Source: an uncultured archaeon
GTDB taxonomy: Archaea > Iainarchaeota > Iainarchaeia > Iainarchaeales > 0-14-0-20-30-16
DNA length: 29,151 nucleotides
NCBI GenBank assembly: GCA_964480435.1
Contig: CAYZSS010000009.1
Span: forward strand, 1-29,151
Direction: 5' to 3'
In this document: positions 25,958-29,151 of the stretch, one piece after another
Numbering within the stretch: position 1 is the first letter of the stretch
Layout: every line of letters begins with the position of its first letter
Notes under the pieces: generated by a model
The model's database searches: none
Told to the model about the DNA's origin: nothing
The model's input: the letters and a program-made list of their open reading frames with translations, nothing else
Translations under genes and position numbers: made by a program

Positions 25958-26473
25958 ATGAAAGCTATTTTGCCGATTGTAATTGCAATGCTTGCAGTTA
26001 TGGTTGTTTTAAGTGGTTGTGTTGGTAGCCAGGTGGCACCAGGCACAAAAATAGATTCTAAAGATTCTTTTATTGCAGCAGTTAATTCTGGTGTGGAATT
26101 AAAATGCCTGGTTGATATTAATGGAATGGCGGCAACAGTTTATTTTACTAAAGATAAATACCTTGCGGTAGCAAGCACAACACAAGCAGAAAAGGTTTAT
26201 ACTATTATTGATCTTACTGAAAAAATGATATATATTTGGTCAGATATAGATGTATTTACTCCTGAACAATTGGTGGCAATGCAGATTACTGCTGAACCAG
26301 GTAAGAAAATAGGTGCCAAAATGTCTGTAGCAGAACAGCCTTCTGAAGAAATAACTGCTGACGATTATAAACCAGAATGGATTTGTGAAACTAGTGTAGA
26401 GCCAATTGTGGCACCAAGCGGTTATCAGTTTATTGATATGACTGATTTGATGTCTGGACAAGGAACTAACTAA
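25958..26473 (+). CDS. Small lipoprotein, paralog A2
   Basis: It has the same signal peptide and lipobox as A1, and 19 of 171 residues differ. Its upstream region is unrelated to the A1 cassette. Confidence 0.75.
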   Translation: MKAILPIVIAMLAVMVVLSGCVGSQVAPGTKIDSKDSFIAAVNSGVELKCLVDINGMAATVYFTKDKYLAVASTTQAEKVYTIIDLTEKMIYIWSDIDVFTPEQLVAMQITAEPGKKIGAKMSVAEQPSEEITADDYKPEWICETSVEPIVAPSGYQFIDMTDLMSGQGTN

Positions 26474-26619
26474 AAAGGTAATCTCTGCCTTTTTCTTTTT
26501 TTCTTTTATAACTCTTTGTAATAAAATAAGATTAAATTTTTAATAAAAATAAAAAGAACTGTTTGTGAAACAAGATAGCATAAGTTTAGTTTATATTTGT
26601 TTTTCTTTAGATTATAACT

Positions 26620-27444
26620 ATGGCTATAAAAGTTATTACAATTAATTCAGAAACTGCTGATTTTAAATTTGCTGAATCTTTAAAAAATAATCGGCAAAAA
26701 AGATCAAAAAGTCAACTTTTTTTTGTAGAAGGCGTTAACTCAATTAATTTATTAATTGAAAATAATTGGAGTATTGATACTCTTATTTATTCAACAGAAA
26801 AAAAACAATCTGACTGGGCAAAAAATATAATTAAAAAAACAGGTGCAAAAACTCATTTGGATATGAAATATAACTTGCTTAAAAAATTAAGTGATAAAGA
26901 GGAAACTTCTGAGATTATTGCTTTAGTAAGTATGCCTAAAGATGATTTGCCAAAAATTAAAATTAAGAAAAATCCTCTTATTGTAATCCTTGATAGACCT
27001 GCAAGTCCTGGAAATTTAGGCACAATAATTAGGTCTTGCAATAGTTTTTTAGTAGATGGCATAATTATCACTGGCCATGCAACGGATTTGTATGATCCAA
27101 AAACAATACTTGCTAGTGTGGGATCTATTTTTTCAATTCCAATTGTTAGGCTAGAATCACATAATAAAATAAAAATTTGGTTGGACAAATTAAAAATAAC
27201 ATTTTCTGACTTACAAATAATTGGAACTTCTGCAAAAGCAAAGAACTTTATAAATAATTATGATTTAACAAAGCCTACTGTTCTGCTTGTAGGTAATGAG
27301 ACTAATGGGCTAAGTTTTAATTACAAAAATATGTGTGATTCTTTATTAAAAATACCTTTGTTTGGATCTGCATCATCTTTAAATGTGGGTTGTGCAACAG
27401 CTATATTTTTGTATGAAATTAATAATCAAAGAAAAAAAAAGTAA
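26620..27444 (+). CDS. SpoU/TrmH-family RNA 2'-O-methyltransferase
   Basis: SPOUT motifs are LDRPASPGNLGTIIRSC, LLVGNETNGLS and IPLFGSASSLNVGCATAIFLYE. There is an N-terminal substrate-binding-like domain. Confidence 0.8.
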   Translation: MAIKVITINSETADFKFAESLKNNRQKRSKSQLFFVEGVNSINLLIENNWSIDTLIYSTEKKQSDWAKNIIKKTGAKTHLDMKYNLLKKLSDKEETSEIIALVSMPKDDLPKIKIKKNPLIVILDRPASPGNLGTIIRSCNSFLVDGIIITGHATDLYDPKTILASVGSIFSIPIVRLESHNKIKIWLDKLKITFSDLQIIGTSAKAKNFINNYDLTKPTVLLVGNETNGLSFNYKNMCDSLLKIPLFGSASSLNVGCATAIFLYEINNQRKKK

Positions 27445-27485
27445 AAGAATCCCGCCTCCCGGACTTGAACCGGGGATCTTTCGGT

Positions 27486-27743
27486 TACTGCCCTTTTTCT
27501 TTCGCGAAAGAAAAAGTGTAAGCTGCCCAAAAAGAAAGGCGCTTCGCGTAATTATAACCTTTTTGCTTTTACGTTCTAAGTTCATCAATTGTAAACAAAG
27601 TGCCTTTATGGCACAATTTTTCTTTTGGTGAACCAAGAAGCTTTTTGCTTTAAAGGCAAAAAGTTTCAGGGCCTTAAGAACTTTTCTTTTGAAAAGTTTC
27701 TTATTGCTTATGCTTTTCTTTTTTTTAAAAAGAAAAGAATCGT
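27486..27743 (-). other. tRNA-Tyr intron (258 nt, hairpin-rich)
   Basis: Loop nt C32-U35 can pair with intron GCAG (plus strand 27488-27491). That leaves 3-nt bulges AG|A and UA|A, giving a BHB central helix. There is a perfect 24-nt palindrome at 27493-27516 and several other A/U-rich hairpins. Confidence 0.7.
27517..27558 (-). repeat. tRNA-associated conserved motif, copy 2 (inside the tRNA-Tyr intron)
   Basis: On the plus strand, tgtaagctgcccaaaaagaaaggcgcttcgc is followed by a ttataac box. It matches 13432-13475. Confidence 0.6.
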
Positions 27744-27886
27744 CTACAGCCGAACGCATTAGCCACTATGCTAAGGCGGGATACCTTATTTTTTGTTTTA
27801 CGCTTTTTCAAAATAGAAAAAGTGTTACTCGATTATTATTCTAATTGTTGTAAATCTTTATAAATCGTTCCCTGCTAAAGTCTAAT

Positions 27887-28117
27887 TAGTAGTAGGTGGC
27901 CAGCTCCCGTAAGGAGGAAGGTCCGCCCATCCATTATGTGAGAAGAATCCAGAAATGGGTAGCAAAACTAACAGAAATAAACCACCGTAAGCTTACTGTG
28001 ATAGAAAATTGAGGTGCTTGTGGTCAGGATGAAAAATAGTTCTGCTTCACGGATGCAAGCATATGCGCTCAGATTAATGCTGGCTGAAAACAGAAGGCGG
28101 CCTATAGCCTACTGCTA
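27887..28117 (+). ncRNA. rnpB: RNase P RNA (archaeal, size-reduced, about 231 nt)
   Basis: The CR-I-like sequence is GGAGGAAGGTCCGCCC and the CR-V-like sequence is AACAGAAGGCGGCCTAT. A 10-bp P1 helix forms between 27887-27896 and 28108-28117 (one G-U). P2 is GGCC/GGCC and a short P3 hairpin is CTCC-cgtaa-GGAG. A TATA-like tttataaa lies at 27857-27864 and a T-run follows at 28121. Confidence 0.8.
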
Positions 28118-28231
28118 TTATTTTTATGTTTATTAGAAGTGAGATGGGTTTATATATTAAATTATCATATATTATACAATTTTATTGATTTTTAGATAGA
28201 ACCAAGTTTAAAATCATAATGTGGTGGTAGA

Positions 28232-28615
28232 ATGGAGTCACAACTTTATAATGTAACTGCGCAACCTAAAGAACTTGTTATTGCACTTAATGAAAATGAT
28301 CCTATATTGACATCGATTAAAGATGCTATGAAGGAAAATAATGTTTATACTGCTGAACTTGTGGGGATGAAAGGTAGCATAAAAAATTTTAGAGTTAATT
28401 ATTTTGAAAAATCATCTCTAAAAACAATTTCTATATTTGAATCTTGTGAAGTAGTAAAATGTAGTGGTGAGTTTAAATATGATCTAGGGCCAGATAAATT
28501 GTTTGGTAGGGGGCGAATAAACTACAGACAAAAAGCAAAAGTATTTGACGGCATTCTGGCATCTGGGTTTGGATGTGAAGGCTTAGAGATTACTCTTAGA
28601 TTCTATGAACTATAA
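28232..28615 (+). CDS. Possible PPC/DUF296-domain protein
   Basis: 127 aa. The pattern ELVIALNENDPILTSIKDAMKENNV..AELVGMKGSI..EVVKCSGEF..LEITL resembles the PPC domain layout. GGTGGTAG precedes the ATG. The assignment is weak. Confidence 0.4.
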   Translation: MESQLYNVTAQPKELVIALNENDPILTSIKDAMKENNVYTAELVGMKGSIKNFRVNYFEKSSLKTISIFESCEVVKCSGEFKYDLGPDKLFGRGRINYRQKAKVFDGILASGFGCEGLEITLRFYEL

Positions 28616-28876
28616 ACTTGGCTCTTTTTGTGAGTAGGAACTAATTTTTTTCCTACCTATCTTGTTTTAATACTTACTGATTACAATATATATTATATAT
28701 ATGCTATTTTGTGAAGGGTTTCTTCACGAGAGGGTATATAAATCTTTCCGTTAATATCTGGAAAGCTTTTTAAATAGTAGTGTTTAAAGTATATACAGAG
28801 CGTTAGGAGTGCCCTTAGTGTAGGGTTCATTGAGTTTTTGCTCTGACTCTTCATAAAATTACGAGGTGAAGGATAG

Positions 28877-29151
28877 ATGAAGAAATTGAATGTAAAGAAA
28901 TTGGTAGCCGTTGGAACTGGTGTGGCTTTATTAGCTGCTGCAGTAATGGGTGCCGGAATAGAGAAAACAAATATATTAGACACAACTGGTCATGCAGTTT
29001 TAGTAAACGGAATCGTTGTTGGTCAAACAGCATTACAATCAGATTTTACTGCTGCTCAAAGTTTGGCAACAACAATTGCTAATGTAGCAACATACACAAC
29101 TGAAGGAGAAACTGTAATGGTTCCTACTGAAACATGTGTTGATGCAACAGA
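28877..29151 (+). CDS. Surface (S-layer-like) protein, 3'-partial
   Basis: This ORF is absent from the ORF track because it has no stop in the window. The ATG at 28877 follows GAGGTGAAGG. The signal-like N-terminus is MKKLNVKKLVAVGTGVALLAAAVMGAG, followed by Thr/Ala/Val-rich sequence. I checked 91 codons by hand and found no stop. Confidence 0.55.
   Translation, partial: MKKLNVKKLVAVGTGVALLAAAVMGAGIEKTNILDTTGHAVLVNGIVVGQTALQSDFTAAQSLATTIANVATYTTEGETVMVPTETCVDAT

Larger units (their letters stand above)
27450..27780 (-). tRNA. tRNA-Tyr (anticodon GUA) with a 258-nt intron at position 37/38
   Basis: The 5' exon at 27744-27780 has acceptor strand CCCGCCT, D arm GCAT-AGTGGCTA-ATGC, anticodon-stem strand TTCGG and loop CTGTAG. 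The 3' exon at 27450-27485 reads A-CCGAA, AGATC, CCCGG-TTCAAGT-CCGGG, AGGCGGG-A. C1-G72 is the archaeal/eukaryal Tyr identity pair, and the spliced loop CUGUAGA equals the loop of M. jannaschii tRNA-Tyr. Confidence 0.85.

Noticed and set aside
17774-26473. Diversity-generating retroelement (template/variable repeat) as an explanation for the two lipoprotein paralogs.
   Set aside because: Substitutions between the copies are of all types and are not concentrated at adenines of one copy. No reverse transcriptase is in the window.
27582-27669. Box C/D sRNA inside the tRNA-Tyr intron. On the RNA strand, UGAUGA lies at 27587-27582 and CUGA at 27669-27666.
   Set aside because: The D-like box precedes the C-like box by about 80 nt, and there is no second C'/D' pair. 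Even on a circularised intron the C-to-D spacing would be about 175 nt, far from the usual 50-70 nt. This is probably chance.
27379-27759. ORFs of 126 aa (minus) and 82 aa (plus) covering the tRNA-Tyr intron. These could have been an intron-encoded homing endonuclease.
   Set aside because: The translations are K/F/L low-complexity with no LAGLIDADG, GIY-YIG or HNH pattern. The minus-strand ORF runs across the tRNA 3' exon and into the SpoU/TrmH gene's 3' end. The region is better explained by RNA hairpins.
28693-29033. Minus-strand ORFs 28693-28983 and 28851-29033.
   Set aside because: They lie opposite the better-supported plus-strand surface-protein ORF and its leader, and they have no start context or recognisable motifs.
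1-29151. CRISPR arrays, rRNA genes, SRP RNA.
   Set aside because: No regularly spaced direct repeats are present, and I could not find conserved rRNA or SRP helix-8-type motifs in any intergenic region.

Overview
The window is AT-rich and compact, and it reads as archaeal. Supporting markers are aIF5A with a hypusine-site KPGKHG, an archaeal-type PheRS alpha subunit, a tRNA-Tyr with the C1-G72 pair and a bulge-helix-bulge-type intron, a small RNase P RNA, an Hjc-like resolvase and HerA. The reduced RNAs and the many lipobox, Cys-rich surface proteins suggest a DPANN-like episymbiont, but that is inference only. I support about 35 CDS, 2 tRNAs and 1 RNase P RNA. No CRISPR array, rRNA, integrase or transposase is visible.

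The observations most worth follow-up are:
1. A three-gene minus-strand cassette of DEDDh exonuclease, GNAT acetyltransferase and MazF toxin. The GNAT carries a MazE-like Trp/acidic C-terminal tail in place of a separate antitoxin.
2. A tRNA-Tyr(GUA) interrupted at 37/38 by a 258-nt hairpin-rich intron. A roughly 30-45 nt motif inside that intron recurs in the long ORF-free 5' flank of tRNA-Ile.
3. A 134-nt perfectly identical promoter/5'UTR cassette placed in front of two unrelated lipoprotein genes.
4. Two directly repeated lipoprotein paralogs that bracket a roughly 7.7-kb block carrying a second MazEF pair, a TrmB regulator and large Cys-rich, transglutaminase-like surface proteins.
5. HerA translationally coupled to an Hjc-like PD-(D/E)xK nuclease.
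6. An operon ending in a minimal kinase-fold protein.
7. A conserved upstream element with phased TTCACAAAA boxes in front of two unrelated genes.

All functional calls come from motif reading by eye. No database search was run.
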